A stretch of DNA of 64,000 bases from a virus. The DNA lies in IMG/VR virus record IMGVR_UViG_3300020054_000866, positions 32,001 through 96,000 of that record; one strand, 5' to 3'. The notes beneath the pieces are model-generated. The model saw only the letters and a program-made list of their open reading frames with translations, ran no database searches and was not told where the DNA came from. This document shows positions 10,007-19,362 of the stretch, one piece after another (the first letter of the stretch is position 1; every line of letters starts with the position of its first letter). Made by a program: the position numbers and the translations under genes.

Positions 10007-11986
10007 ATGACAACATTTGATCCAGCGCAGCCAGTGTACCGCTACTTTGTCGCGGACCTAATGACAAACTCGGTTCTTGCCGAGATACCTTTTACAGGCG
10101 TCACGTACGACAGAGCTCTTAAAGGCGCCGGAACATTTTCAGGGCAGGTCGCTGTTCTTGACGACACAGTAGCAGCAAACCTGTACGACTACACAGTCCC
10201 GGGAAAAACCTCGCTATACATTGTAAGAAACAATGTCTGCGTATGGGGAGGAATCATTTGGGGAAGATCGTACAGCATCACTGAAAAAGTTCTAAACGTC
10301 AGTGGGTCAGAGTTTACGAGCTACCTCTACCATCGCAACATTTGGAAGACGTACAGCCATGACTTTGCCGGAACCACTGTCGTTGATGTTCTTGGTAACG
10401 CAACAACTACGTTGACATTTGGTTCATTTAACTTTGTCCCTGGCTCAACAATCGCAGTCGAGTTCTACGAGGTTGGAAACTTTCAATACAGCGGCTACTA
10501 CACAGTCCTTTCACTCGGGCTGTCGTCAACAACCGTGGCGGTTAGCATTCCAGGAATGCCTGCCGGGACGTATGACAACACGACGGTAAGAGTTCGCGTA
10601 GATACATATGACTACGTTCGGCAGCTACTCGATCAGATGAACATTGACTTCTCTGGCATACAATTTCCAAACGGAGAAATTGAGCCGACGCTTACTCTCG
10701 ACTACGACATCACGACAAAGTCACTGACTTCTAATGTAGCGACATTGACGACGTCAACTGCACACAACATGATACCCGGTCAGTCAGTTCTGGTAAAGAA
10801 CGTTGACTCGACGTTCGACGGCACGCACACGGTTGTATCAAAGACTGACACGACATTTTCGTACGCTAAGACAGCATCAAACGTTGGCAGCACCGCGGTT
10901 TCAGTTGTGTCAAGAACAGTGTCTCAAAAAGAGATGTCTGAAAACGTTGCCACTCTTACTACAAGTGTTGCTCACGGTTTTTCAGTCGGACAAACCGTTG
11001 ACATTGAAAACGTCGATTCGCTTACCTCAGACTACGTAATATTCAACGGCACTCACACGATCACGAGTGTTCCATCCTCGACTACATTTACGTACTCGGT
11101 CTTTTCATTCGAACCGAACGTCGACGCGACCGCCGTGTCTGGAACCGCGACGTTGACGCCAAGAGCTCTTTCGAGCACATACGGACCGTATCCCGCGAAT
11201 GCGGACATCGGAATCGAGTACTCGACCGCGGCGTACAGCGGCGTCAATGTTCCAAACGTCACCTACCGCGGCTACGAACTTCGCTCGATTGGTGAAGAAC
11301 TCGACGAGTACTCAGACACTGTTGACGGCTTTGAGTATCGGATTGACTGCGAATACGATTCATTGACTGGCACGTTTACTCGAACGTTCGTGCTTCTTCC
11401 GATCAACTTCCCCAACCCGCCGCCTGCTGGAGAAGCCGCTCCTCTAAGTAGATACGGCGCTGATCAGTTCGTATTCGAGTATCCTGGAAACGTAAATGAA
11501 GTTTCTATCAGCGAATCTGCTGAAAACTCAGCGACTCGATTCTTTGTTGTTGGCAACATCGGCGATCTTGGCTCAGATGCGAGTCAACCATACGCCGTTG
11601 CCGCTGATACCGGGCTACTCGACGCTGGATGGCCACTGCTCGATATGGAGGAGACGCGTGGAGAAGCGTACGACGAAAACATTCTCTACAGCTACGCCTC
11701 GCGCTATTTGGCAGAGTTTCGTCCACCGCTCACCGACATGTCGATCACAGTCAACGGCTCACTCGACCCAACTGTTGGAACGTACTCTCCAGGAGACTGG
11801 TGCGCGCTCATTGTAGACGATCCGTTCATTCAACTTCGACTTTTGAGCAACCTTGAGCCGAGAGACGACATTATTGTTCGTAAGATCGAAGGTTTCTCAG
11901 TAACAGTGCCGGACGGCAACACGTTCCCTGAGACGGTGCAGCTACAACTTGTAGCCGAGTCGGAGGTAGATAAGATTGGCGAGTAA
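10007..11986 (+). CDS. Tail hub/Tal-like minor tail protein with two inserted beta-barrel domains
   Basis: Follows Dit; YRY..ADL......E.P.....Y...L.GAG.F, RN...VWGG..W, FEYPGNV, Y.PGD; two NVATLTT..AH inserts. Confidence 0.75.
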   Translation: MTTFDPAQPVYRYFVADLMTNSVLAEIPFTGVTYDRALKGAGTFSGQVAVLDDTVAANLYDYTVPGKTSLYIVRNNVCVWGGIIWGRSYSITEKVLNVSGSEFTSYLYHRNIWKTYSHDFAGTTVVDVLGNATTTLTFGSFNFVPGSTIAVEFYEVGNFQYSGYYTVLSLGLSSTTVAVSIPGMPAGTYDNTTVRVRVDTYDYVRQLLDQMNIDFSGIQFPNGEIEPTLTLDYDITTKSLTSNVATLTTSTAHNMIPGQSVLVKNVDSTFDGTHTVVSKTDTTFSYAKTASNVGSTAVSVVSRTVSQKEMSENVATLTTSVAHGFSVGQTVDIENVDSLTSDYVIFNGTHTITSVPSSTTFTYSVFSFEPNVDATAVSGTATLTPRALSSTYGPYPANADIGIEYSTAAYSGVNVPNVTYRGYELRSIGEELDEYSDTVDGFEYRIDCEYDSLTGTFTRTFVLLPINFPNPPPAGEAAPLSRYGADQFVFEYPGNVNEVSISESAENSATRFFVVGNIGDLGSDASQPYAVAADTGLLDAGWPLLDMEETRGEAYDENILYSYASRYLAEFRPPLTDMSITVNGSLDPTVGTYSPGDWCALIVDDPFIQLRLLSNLEPRDDIIVRKIEGFSVTVPDGNTFPETVQLQLVAESEVDKIGE

Positions 11987-13511
11987 TCTTAGAAGAAGCA
12001 AAAGAACGTTCGGTCAAAGATATCTAAGAACTGAGCAAAGAGCGTCTGCGTCCTCGCGCAACCCAGCGCCGCGAAGAATCGGTGCAAGAGTTATTACGAC
12101 AAACAATATTGCACCGAGATCTGTGACTACGGTCGTGCTAGCAAACGACGTTGTTCAAGACATCGAGTACGCTCAGGCCGCTGCAAACGGTAAAAATACG
12201 ATCTACTACAGCGCAACGGAGCCGTCTGGCGGCACGTACACTGAAGGCGATTTGTGGTTCGAGACAGACAACGACAACGCGCTAGCACGCTGGGACGGCG
12301 CAGCGTGGCAGTCGTTTGGTCTGGGCAACGCGGCGTTCTCAAACATTGACGCCGGTAAGATTACATCTGGCACGATCAGCACTGCTATTCTCTTCGCGGG
12401 AGAGCTCACCGCTGCTCGAGGAACGTTTGGTGGATTTATTTCCGCTGGAAACGTTCAAATTGGCGACGGCATCTACAGCAATGCAAATTATCGCGGAGTG
12501 ACACTCGATTCTGGGAACTCGAACAACGCCTGGTACGTAGACACGTCGACTGGAAATGTGTACTTCAAGGTCGGTAGTGCAACTCAATATATGACGTGGA
12601 ACGGCACTGCGCTGAACATCGTCGGTACCATCACTGGCTCAACAATTAGCGGTACTACTATCACCACGTCGACGTTTTCCGCAGGCAATCCAACTGGCGA
12701 TGGCGTATCAATCACTGGCACTCAGGTGCTTATTAACACGACTGGCACTACCTCGAGCGCGTCTCTTAAGTTTAATACAAACGCAGGCTCTGGCACAAAC
12801 TATATTACGGGGGATAAAGCATTAGAAATTACAACAGGCGGAAGCAGTAAAACTTTCATCAACATGGGTAACACAAGCGGCTCCGGCGTGGGCAGAGTAT
12901 ACGCTGGCGCATTGTACTTTGAGACGTACAATGCAGAGGTAACTAGGCTAACGGCTAGCGTTATAGGTCAAAATAGGCTTGGCAGTACTGTTCGAGTTAG
13001 CGATTACTACGGTGTAGATATTTCTCTTAGTGATGAACTTTATGCGGGAAGGGTTACGGTTACAGGTGCTTTGAATGTGTATGGCACGAAAAACTTTTCC
13101 ATTCAGCACCCACTGGACGAAGATCGCTATCTAGTACACGCTGCTGTTGAGGGCCCTACTGCTGATCTTATATATCGAGGTACCTCTAGCCTTGAAAACG
13201 GTTTAGTTGAGGTAGAACTTCCAAGATATTTTGAGGCAGCGTCAAAATTAGAAGGTAGAACGGTGTTTATTACGCCAAAAATTGCAGATGACGGCTCTCA
13301 GTGCAACATGGCAGCTTCGTCTGTAGAAAATGGTAAGTTCACAGTTTCCACTCAAGGGTGCATTGATAGCTGTTCTCATCAGTTTGATTGGCTGGTACTT
13401 GCAATTCGTGGAGATGTTGAAACAGTCGTTGAGCCACTAAAGTCGGAGTACAATGTTAGAAAAGAAAAAGAAGTTCTGCCAGAGATAGATCCAAATCTCA
13501 CAGCGGGCTAG
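11976..13511 (+). CDS. Tail fibre/spike with C-terminal chaperone-like domain
   Basis: ANGKN.IYYS..EP...EGDLWF, IDAGKITSGTI, and C-terminal KNF.I.HPLD...YL.H..VE.P....YRG typical of fibre intramolecular chaperones. Confidence 0.7.
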   Translation: MASNLRRSKRTFGQRYLRTEQRASASSRNPAPRRIGARVITTNNIAPRSVTTVVLANDVVQDIEYAQAAANGKNTIYYSATEPSGGTYTEGDLWFETDNDNALARWDGAAWQSFGLGNAAFSNIDAGKITSGTISTAILFAGELTAARGTFGGFISAGNVQIGDGIYSNANYRGVTLDSGNSNNAWYVDTSTGNVYFKVGSATQYMTWNGTALNIVGTITGSTISGTTITTSTFSAGNPTGDGVSITGTQVLINTTGTTSSASLKFNTNAGSGTNYITGDKALEITTGGSSKTFINMGNTSGSGVGRVYAGALYFETYNAEVTRLTASVIGQNRLGSTVRVSDYYGVDISLSDELYAGRVTVTGALNVYGTKNFSIQHPLDEDRYLVHAAVEGPTADLIYRGTSSLENGLVEVELPRYFEAASKLEGRTVFITPKIADDGSQCNMAASSVENGKFTVSTQGCIDSCSHQFDWLVLAIRGDVETVVEPLKSEYNVRKEKEVLPEIDPNLTAG

Positions 13512-13598
13512 TTGACTAAGTCGATTTTGACGTCAATTTGTACACGAGATAAAAAAGAACGGGATAGAATTTCACTACACGTAGTGAAAGAGAATTCA

Positions 13599-14075
13599 AT
13601 GATACACATCAAAGACGGCGATAGAACTCTTCAGTTTAACGGAGAGCTACTGGGAAAATCATCATCGTGGCGAAGAGGATCTCTTCGCTGGATAGAATTC
13701 GAGCTTTACAAGACAGAAAATGGCTCGTATGTTCTATCAAGAGTCGGCGTGTCAGTAGTCTACCACGGCGCGGCCTGTCATCTTGTGAAGAGATACAATC
13801 TTCAAGATGCCCCAGTAGCGAATCTCCAAAGTAGAGAGAACATGGTCCCATGTGACTCATGCTCTCCATCATTCGCGGCAGAAATCGTGTTTCCGGAGAA
13901 GAATCGCCACTGGGCACAGGTAAGTGAGAATCCAGACGCCGTGCTCGAGGCGCTCTACAAATACGACGACAGCGGCGCACGCTACCTAACGCATGTAGCA
14001 CAGCGGCTTCTCGAGGAGGCGTCAAACGCCGATCGAGGCATCTCAGACGTCTACAGAGTAGAGATCATTCCATAA
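13599..14075 (+). CDS. Hypothetical protein (probable start ATG 13599)
   Basis: RW.EFELYKT..G.YVL.RVG.S.VYH motif, CxxC; TAGAAT upstream. Confidence 0.65.
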   Translation: MIHIKDGDRTLQFNGELLGKSSSWRRGSLRWIEFELYKTENGSYVLSRVGVSVVYHGAACHLVKRYNLQDAPVANLQSRENMVPCDSCSPSFAAEIVFPEKNRHWAQVSENPDAVLEALYKYDDSGARYLTHVAQRLLEEASNADRGISDVYRVEIIP

Positions 14076-14138
14076 TCTTTCGCTCTGTCACGAGATTTTT
14101 CTCGTTTCCGTGTAGTATCGAAAAGACGGAGGGATGGA

Positions 14139-15140
14139 ATGTTTATCGTCATCGAAGGCACTGACGCCTCGGGAAAGTCTACTCTTGTAGACGCTGTTGT
14201 CTCTGAACTCACCGGGCAGCGGTCAACTGCCGGCGCGATTCAGTACCACAAGGGCGCGCCGAAAGAGTTCACTCGCAAAGGCGTACTTTCAGAGTACGTA
14301 GAAGACATTCAAGACTTCAACTGGTTCTCAGCGACAGCAGTCGCTGATCGATGGCATTGGGGTGAGGTAACGTATGCTCCGATCAAGCGTCGTCATACTA
14401 ACATTGACGGCTTTGGTCTACTTGGCGTTGCTGGCTGGCGATGGACCGAGATGTTTCTTCGCGCTCGCGGCATTACTCAGTTTTGGCTGTATCAGCCGCT
14501 TGAGATTATTCAGCAAAGAATTAGAGAACGCGGAGACGACTTTGTAGAAGAGCATGAGCTCGAGCATATTTTAAGTCTCTACTCTTATGCGTTCGACAAC
14601 ACCATGTCGTGCATTAAGTTGCAGCCGTCAAACGGCGGATTAGATCAAGTAGCAAACCTGGCGCGTGACGTCATCAGCTACGCTAAGACATTGCAATCTG
14701 AAGTTCAGCATCTAGAAAGATTTACTTGGTACATCGGACCTCCAAAGCCAAAGGCGCTTCTCGTCGGTGACGAAAGAAACGACGAGACTGACACGATGTT
14801 GCCTTTCAAGCCTTCCGGTGCAAATTCAGCAGACTATTTGTTGAACGCCCTACCGTGCGAAACCTGGCGCGACTACGGAATCATAAATTCTGCCGATGTC
14901 TATGGAGAAGACATCATACGACTATATGAAGCTCTTAATCGGCCAAAAGTTATAGCCCTTGGTCGCATGGCAGAAAAGCGTCTTCGTCAATGCTCACTCT
15001 ACGAAAGTCTATACACAGTTCTTCCGCATCCTCAACATGTTAGACGATTTCACTACTCTGATCAAACAGAGTATGGTCGCGCAATTGATAGCTTCGCAAA
15101 CGGAAACACACAGGAGTATGCGTCATGGGTTCTTCGCTGA
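14139..15140 (+). CDS. Deoxynucleotide monophosphate kinase fused to a uracil-DNA-glycosylase-like domain
   Basis: P-loop IVIEGTDASGKST, DRWH.GE..Y, R..ERGD (TMP kinase family); C-terminal LLVGDE / VIALGRMA / LPHPQ resemble UDG superfamily motifs. Confidence 0.7.
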   Translation: MFIVIEGTDASGKSTLVDAVVSELTGQRSTAGAIQYHKGAPKEFTRKGVLSEYVEDIQDFNWFSATAVADRWHWGEVTYAPIKRRHTNIDGFGLLGVAGWRWTEMFLRARGITQFWLYQPLEIIQQRIRERGDDFVEEHELEHILSLYSYAFDNTMSCIKLQPSNGGLDQVANLARDVISYAKTLQSEVQHLERFTWYIGPPKPKALLVGDERNDETDTMLPFKPSGANSADYLLNALPCETWRDYGIINSADVYGEDIIRLYEALNRPKVIALGRMAEKRLRQCSLYESLYTVLPHPQHVRRFHYSDQTEYGRAIDSFANGNTQEYASWVLR

Positions 15141-15997
15141 CAGCAATTCACATCGAAGACGGAGTAAACGGCTACGTTGATCTTGTTCATCACGTGCTTG
15201 AGCACGGCCGCGAGGTGTCCCCACGCGGTGTGAAGACAAGAGAAATTGAAGACGCAACTGTATTCATAGACAACGTGTACGACGCAATGCCGATGGGCGT
15301 TGGTCGAGGTGTCGTCCCGGGCATTGGCGCCGTTGAGGCGTGCCAACTCGTCGCCGGTAGGAGCACGCCACGGACAGTGATTGCTATAGGTCCGCAGTTT
15401 ACGAATTACGCTGAGAACAACGGAGAATTTCACGGAGCGTACGGTCTACGTACAAATGGCCAGTACGCTCACGTTGTAGACAAAATCAAGAGTGACCCAG
15501 ACACGCGGCAAGCAGTCGTGACGATCTGGAACCCTGAGTTTGACAACATGCCACAGAAGCGTGACTACCCATGCACAGTTCTTCATCAGTTTAGAGTTCG
15601 TGACGGCAAACTAAATATGAGTGTCTACATGCGCTCAAACGACGTGTGGCTTGGTGCAGCGTACGACTTTTTCCAGTTCACGCGGGTGCAGTTAGCGATC
15701 TGCTCGATACTTGGAATAGAGCCAGGCACGTATGCGCATCACGTTGGGTCGCTTCACATCTACGAGTCAAATATAGATGCGGTGACTAAGTTGCGTAAGA
15801 CGAGCGCCCCTGTCGACCCAATTCCGTATTTTGCTGGCAACTCGTGGGCAGACGTCGCACTATCTGCGCAGAACTGTCTTCTCGCCGTTGACCCCGAAGC
15901 TTTGCACGTACCGGAGCTAAACGATACAGAGCTCTGGTACGTTAACGCAATGCGCTCCGCTATCGAGAGCAACGAGGCCAAACTCGGAAATGCCTAG
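15125..15997 (+). CDS. Thymidylate synthase homologue, predicted dCMP hydroxymethylase-type
   Basis: PRG..T.E, GAYG, DTRQA, catalytic PC (C150), YMRSNDVWLGAAYD with Asp181 where ThyA has Asn, SLHIYE. Confidence 0.75.
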   Translation: MGSSLTAIHIEDGVNGYVDLVHHVLEHGREVSPRGVKTREIEDATVFIDNVYDAMPMGVGRGVVPGIGAVEACQLVAGRSTPRTVIAIGPQFTNYAENNGEFHGAYGLRTNGQYAHVVDKIKSDPDTRQAVVTIWNPEFDNMPQKRDYPCTVLHQFRVRDGKLNMSVYMRSNDVWLGAAYDFFQFTRVQLAICSILGIEPGTYAHHVGSLHIYESNIDAVTKLRKTSAPVDPIPYFAGNSWADVALSAQNCLLAVDPEALHVPELNDTELWYVNAMRSAIESNEAKLGNA

Positions 15998-16202
15998 TGA
16001 TGAAAACGAAGAAGCTTTTGAGTATGCGTCTCCGATGCATGCCGCAGCGATTGGCATGCACGAGATGTACATCACGCTGAAGTCTGCCGGGTTTTCAAGA
16101 ACTGAAGCTCTCGAGTTGATAGCAAGAATGCTTTCATACGGAGTCACAGAGACTCTAATAATTGAGAGCGAGCTTGGTGACGATGACGACGACGACGACT
16201 AA
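15990..16202 (+). CDS. Small acidic hypothetical protein
   Basis: HE.Y..L..AGFSR.EALEL motif; overlaps both neighbours. Confidence 0.65.
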   Translation: MPSDENEEAFEYASPMHAAAIGMHEMYITLKSAGFSRTEALELIARMLSYGVTETLIIESELGDDDDDDD

Positions 16203-16671
16203 CGCGCGGCCATCGTGGCAGTCGACATGGCTCACCGTTGCGACTGTTATTTCGCTGCGCTCACGGTGCTCAAGAGCGCAGATGGGCGCAGTTGTAGTGT
16301 CAAAAGACCAGCGTGTCTGCGCCACCGGCTATAACGGGCCGTCGGCGTCGTGGCCTGAAAGCGGCGACTGTATCGACTGGTGCCCAAGAGCGCGCGGCGA
16401 GTCACCACTAGACAACATCTATGACCAGTGCCCGTCAATTCACGCTGAAGCAAACGCGCTGCTGTACGTAGACAGATCAAGCGTTGAAGGCGGAACAATA
16501 TACATCACAAGTCCGCCGTGTATGCAGTGCGCAAAGCTAATTACAAATTCCGGGTTGTTGCACGTCGTATGTTATATTGGCGAGCACGACATGCACCGCA
16601 ATCCGTTGGATGTCGTCGAGTACATTAAAAAGTGTGGAATAAGCGTTACGCTTGTCGCGCACTCGGAGTGA
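16183..16671 (+). CDS. dCMP deaminase
   Basis: RPSW, RS.C.R...GA.VV, TGYNG, HAEANAL and PCxxC zinc motifs; ATG 16183 preferred over TTG 16162. Confidence 0.85.
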   Translation: MTTTTTNARPSWQSTWLTVATVISLRSRCSRAQMGAVVVSKDQRVCATGYNGPSASWPESGDCIDWCPRARGESPLDNIYDQCPSIHAEANALLYVDRSSVEGGTIYITSPPCMQCAKLITNSGLLHVVCYIGEHDMHRNPLDVVEYIKKCGISVTLVAHSE

Positions 16672-16677
16672 CGTATA

Positions 16678-18495
16678 GTGGCTGATCTTTCTCAAGTACA
16701 ACTTCACCTTGTCAACAGCGTAGAGTCTGCGAATGACTTTCTTTCGTGGCTTAGCGAACGACGGCCACACAACGCCATCGCGATCGACACGGAGACGGGC
16801 GAGATACCTGGAAACCCGAGGCAGCATGCGCTGTCACCGTGGCACGGACGTCTTCGGCTAGTTCAGGTCGGTGATGGCATGCAGGGCTGGTCAATACCGT
16901 GGGACGAATGGTCGGGAGTGTTCTACCAGGCGATGGAGCGCTTTGACGGTCCGATCGTCTGCCACAACATCGCGTTCGAGGCACGCTGGTTTGAGACTCA
17001 GTCACGCTGGAAAATGCCATGGCATCGCGCGCATGACACGATGATTATGGCTCACATTGTCGACCCGCTTGGTTCAGGCGCACTGAAGCGTCTTGCCGCG
17101 CTGCACGTCGACGCGCGTGCAGTTGCATTACAAGACACTCTTGATCAAGAGCTATCAGCCAACGGTTGGACCTGGGGAACTGTTCCCACAAACTTTGAGC
17201 CGTACTGGTCGTATGGCGCGCTCGACTGCGTTCTTACAATGCGTCTCTGGGAAATGTTCTACGAAAAGTGCGGACCTAACGGCGCGTACCACAAACCGTA
17301 TGAGCTCGAGATGGCGACTCGTAAGATCGTCACGAGAATGGAGATCAACGGCGCTCGAGTTGATCTTGACTACTCGCAGAGAAAGTACAACGAGCTTAGC
17401 TCATACACCGAGTCTGTAAAGAACTGGGCTAAGAATACGTACAACGGAACTTCTATAACGAGCAACATACAACTTGTTCGGCTGTTTGAGAGTCTTGGCG
17501 CTGAGATCACTGAGTTTACTCCGACCGGTCAGAAGTCTTGCACAAAGGATCAATTGAGGCTGCTAGCACAGAGCCCGATAGCGGAGGTCGCTAATCTCGC
17601 GGACACTGTTCTCAAGCAGCGTAAGGCCGACAAACTTGCTGGAACGTACTTTCTAAACTTTCTCACTGAGTCAATTGACGGCATTGTTCACCCGTCTGTG
17701 AAGACTCTTGGCGCTCGAACGAGCAGAATGTCGATCACAAATCCGGCGCTACAGACATTGCCGAAAGGCGATGACGTTGTTCGCCGAGCGTTCATCCCAA
17801 AAGACGATGACCACGTGATTATCACTTCTGACCTCGACCAGGTTGAGTTCAGAATGTTCGCGTCTCTATCTAAAGATCCAAATCTAATTACGCTGTTCAA
17901 CAGGGCGGACGCAACTGGCTCTGACCCGTTCACGGAGATTGGCAGAGAGATCTACAACGATCCGACGATGCAGAAGTCCGATAAGCGCCGCGCGCTGATT
18001 AAAGGCACGGTGTACGGAAGACTCTATGGCGCCGGTGTCGCGAAGCAAGCCGTAACTGCCGGCGTTCCTGAGCCACAGATGCGACAAGTTTCTGATGCAT
18101 TTGATCGCAGATTTCCGGGCATGTCGTACTTTCAAAAGCAGATCGAGGACGCCGGCATGCGAAGGTTGCAGAGCGAGGGCCAAGGCTACGTATATACGTG
18201 GACAGGAAGAAGACTGCCGTGCGACGAAGACAGAGTTTACACGCTTGTGAACTACCTCATTCAGGGTGGAGCGGCAGAGGTCTTCAAAGCAAATCTTGTC
18301 AAACTCGATCAAGCCGATTTGACTGAACTTCTCATCGTCCCGGTTCACGACGAAATAGTTCTACAGGCGCCACGAAAAGACGCAGACGAGATCAAGCAGA
18401 TAGTGAAGCAATGCATGACCACGTCTGACGGCTGGGATGTGCCACTGACCGCTGACGTAGACGGCCCGCTAGAGACGTGGGGCGACAAGTACTAG
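16678..18495 (+). CDS. polA: Family A DNA polymerase with 3'-5' exonuclease
   Basis: AIDTET, HNIAFE, HDTMIMAH, Y.ALD exo motifs; TSRMS..NP.LQ; motif A DLDQVEFR; motif B R...KGTVYGRLYG; N..IQG.AA; motif C VHDE. Confidence 0.95.
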   Translation: MADLSQVQLHLVNSVESANDFLSWLSERRPHNAIAIDTETGEIPGNPRQHALSPWHGRLRLVQVGDGMQGWSIPWDEWSGVFYQAMERFDGPIVCHNIAFEARWFETQSRWKMPWHRAHDTMIMAHIVDPLGSGALKRLAALHVDARAVALQDTLDQELSANGWTWGTVPTNFEPYWSYGALDCVLTMRLWEMFYEKCGPNGAYHKPYELEMATRKIVTRMEINGARVDLDYSQRKYNELSSYTESVKNWAKNTYNGTSITSNIQLVRLFESLGAEITEFTPTGQKSCTKDQLRLLAQSPIAEVANLADTVLKQRKADKLAGTYFLNFLTESIDGIVHPSVKTLGARTSRMSITNPALQTLPKGDDVVRRAFIPKDDDHVIITSDLDQVEFRMFASLSKDPNLITLFNRADATGSDPFTEIGREIYNDPTMQKSDKRRALIKGTVYGRLYGAGVAKQAVTAGVPEPQMRQVSDAFDRRFPGMSYFQKQIEDAGMRRLQSEGQGYVYTWTGRRLPCDEDRVYTLVNYLIQGGAAEVFKANLVKLDQADLTELLIVPVHDEIVLQAPRKDADEIKQIVKQCMTTSDGWDVPLTADVDGPLETWGDKY

Positions 18496-18812
18496 TGAAT
18501 AGGTACATGGAAAAAGCGATAGAGCTCGCTCACAGCAGCAAGTGCAGGCACAAGCACGGGTGCGTTGTAGTCAAAAACGGAAAGATCATTTCAAAAGCCA
18601 CAAACAAAAAAGTCGGAGACCCGTCCGTGGAGTTTCGTCTCGCGCTTCACGCGGAGTTTGCGGCTGTTGTAGCGGCAGGAACGCACGCCGCGGGTTCAAC
18701 AGTCTATGTAGCCAGAGTCCAAGCAGACGGCTCGACTGCGCTGTCTAAGCCTTGTAAGAAGTGTGAAAATATGATGAAAAGATCTGGAGTATCTAAGGTA
18801 GTGTGGACATGA
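18477..18812 (+). CDS. Second cytidine/deoxycytidylate deaminase-family protein
   Basis: H.HG.VVVK.GKII....N, HAE, SKPCKKC; the true start may be 18495 or 18507. Confidence 0.75.
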   Translation: MGRQVLVNRYMEKAIELAHSSKCRHKHGCVVVKNGKIISKATNKKVGDPSVEFRLALHAEFAAVVAAGTHAAGSTVYVARVQADGSTALSKPCKKCENMMKRSGVSKVVWT

Positions 18813-19273
18813 CAATTTATTTGTGCGTCGATCCAGGAAAAATGAGCGGTATAGCCGCCATAAGCTACGACCATCAAGAAGCGCCAGAGCTAGTCGCGTC
18901 AGGCGAGTACGACGCCAGAAACTATCATAAGCCGATCATAGAAACTATTGTAGCGTCTTATTACACTAAGACACCGATCAAGGTGATTTGTGAAAGGTTT
19001 ACGATCAACGCGCAGACTGTTAAGAACTCTCAAGCGCCGTACAGTCTAGAGCAGATCGGAGTTCTCAAGCACTTGATGCTTGTAAATGGGCTTGAACCCG
19101 ACGACATAGTGTTTCAGTCACCGTCAGACGCAAAGAGAATGTTTGACAACAGCGCACTGAAAAAGTTAGACTTTTGGCACAAAGGTGGAGACGGCCATGC
19201 GCTTGACGCGATACGTCACGGTTTGTTGGCAGTCACAAAGGATGGCTGGGTGCCTCGTGCTTTGTTACAATAG
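18803..19273 (+). CDS. RuvC-like Holliday junction resolvase
   Basis: LCVDPG..SG.A, ICERF, IG.L, H..DA..H RNase H-fold pattern. Confidence 0.75.
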   Translation: MDMTIYLCVDPGKMSGIAAISYDHQEAPELVASGEYDARNYHKPIIETIVASYYTKTPIKVICERFTINAQTVKNSQAPYSLEQIGVLKHLMLVNGLEPDDIVFQSPSDAKRMFDNSALKKLDFWHKGGDGHALDAIRHGLLAVTKDGWVPRALLQ

Positions 19274-19362
19274 ATACTGAAGAAAAAACTTCAACATGTG
19301 CATACTTTGCACTGTAATATGTGATACAGTGATGATTACTCAACGACGACAAGAGGTTTTTA

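Noticed and set aside
15125-15997. Canonical thyA
   Set aside because: It has Asp rather than Asn at the specificity position, lacks ELLWF, and sits beside kinase and glycosyltransferase genes.
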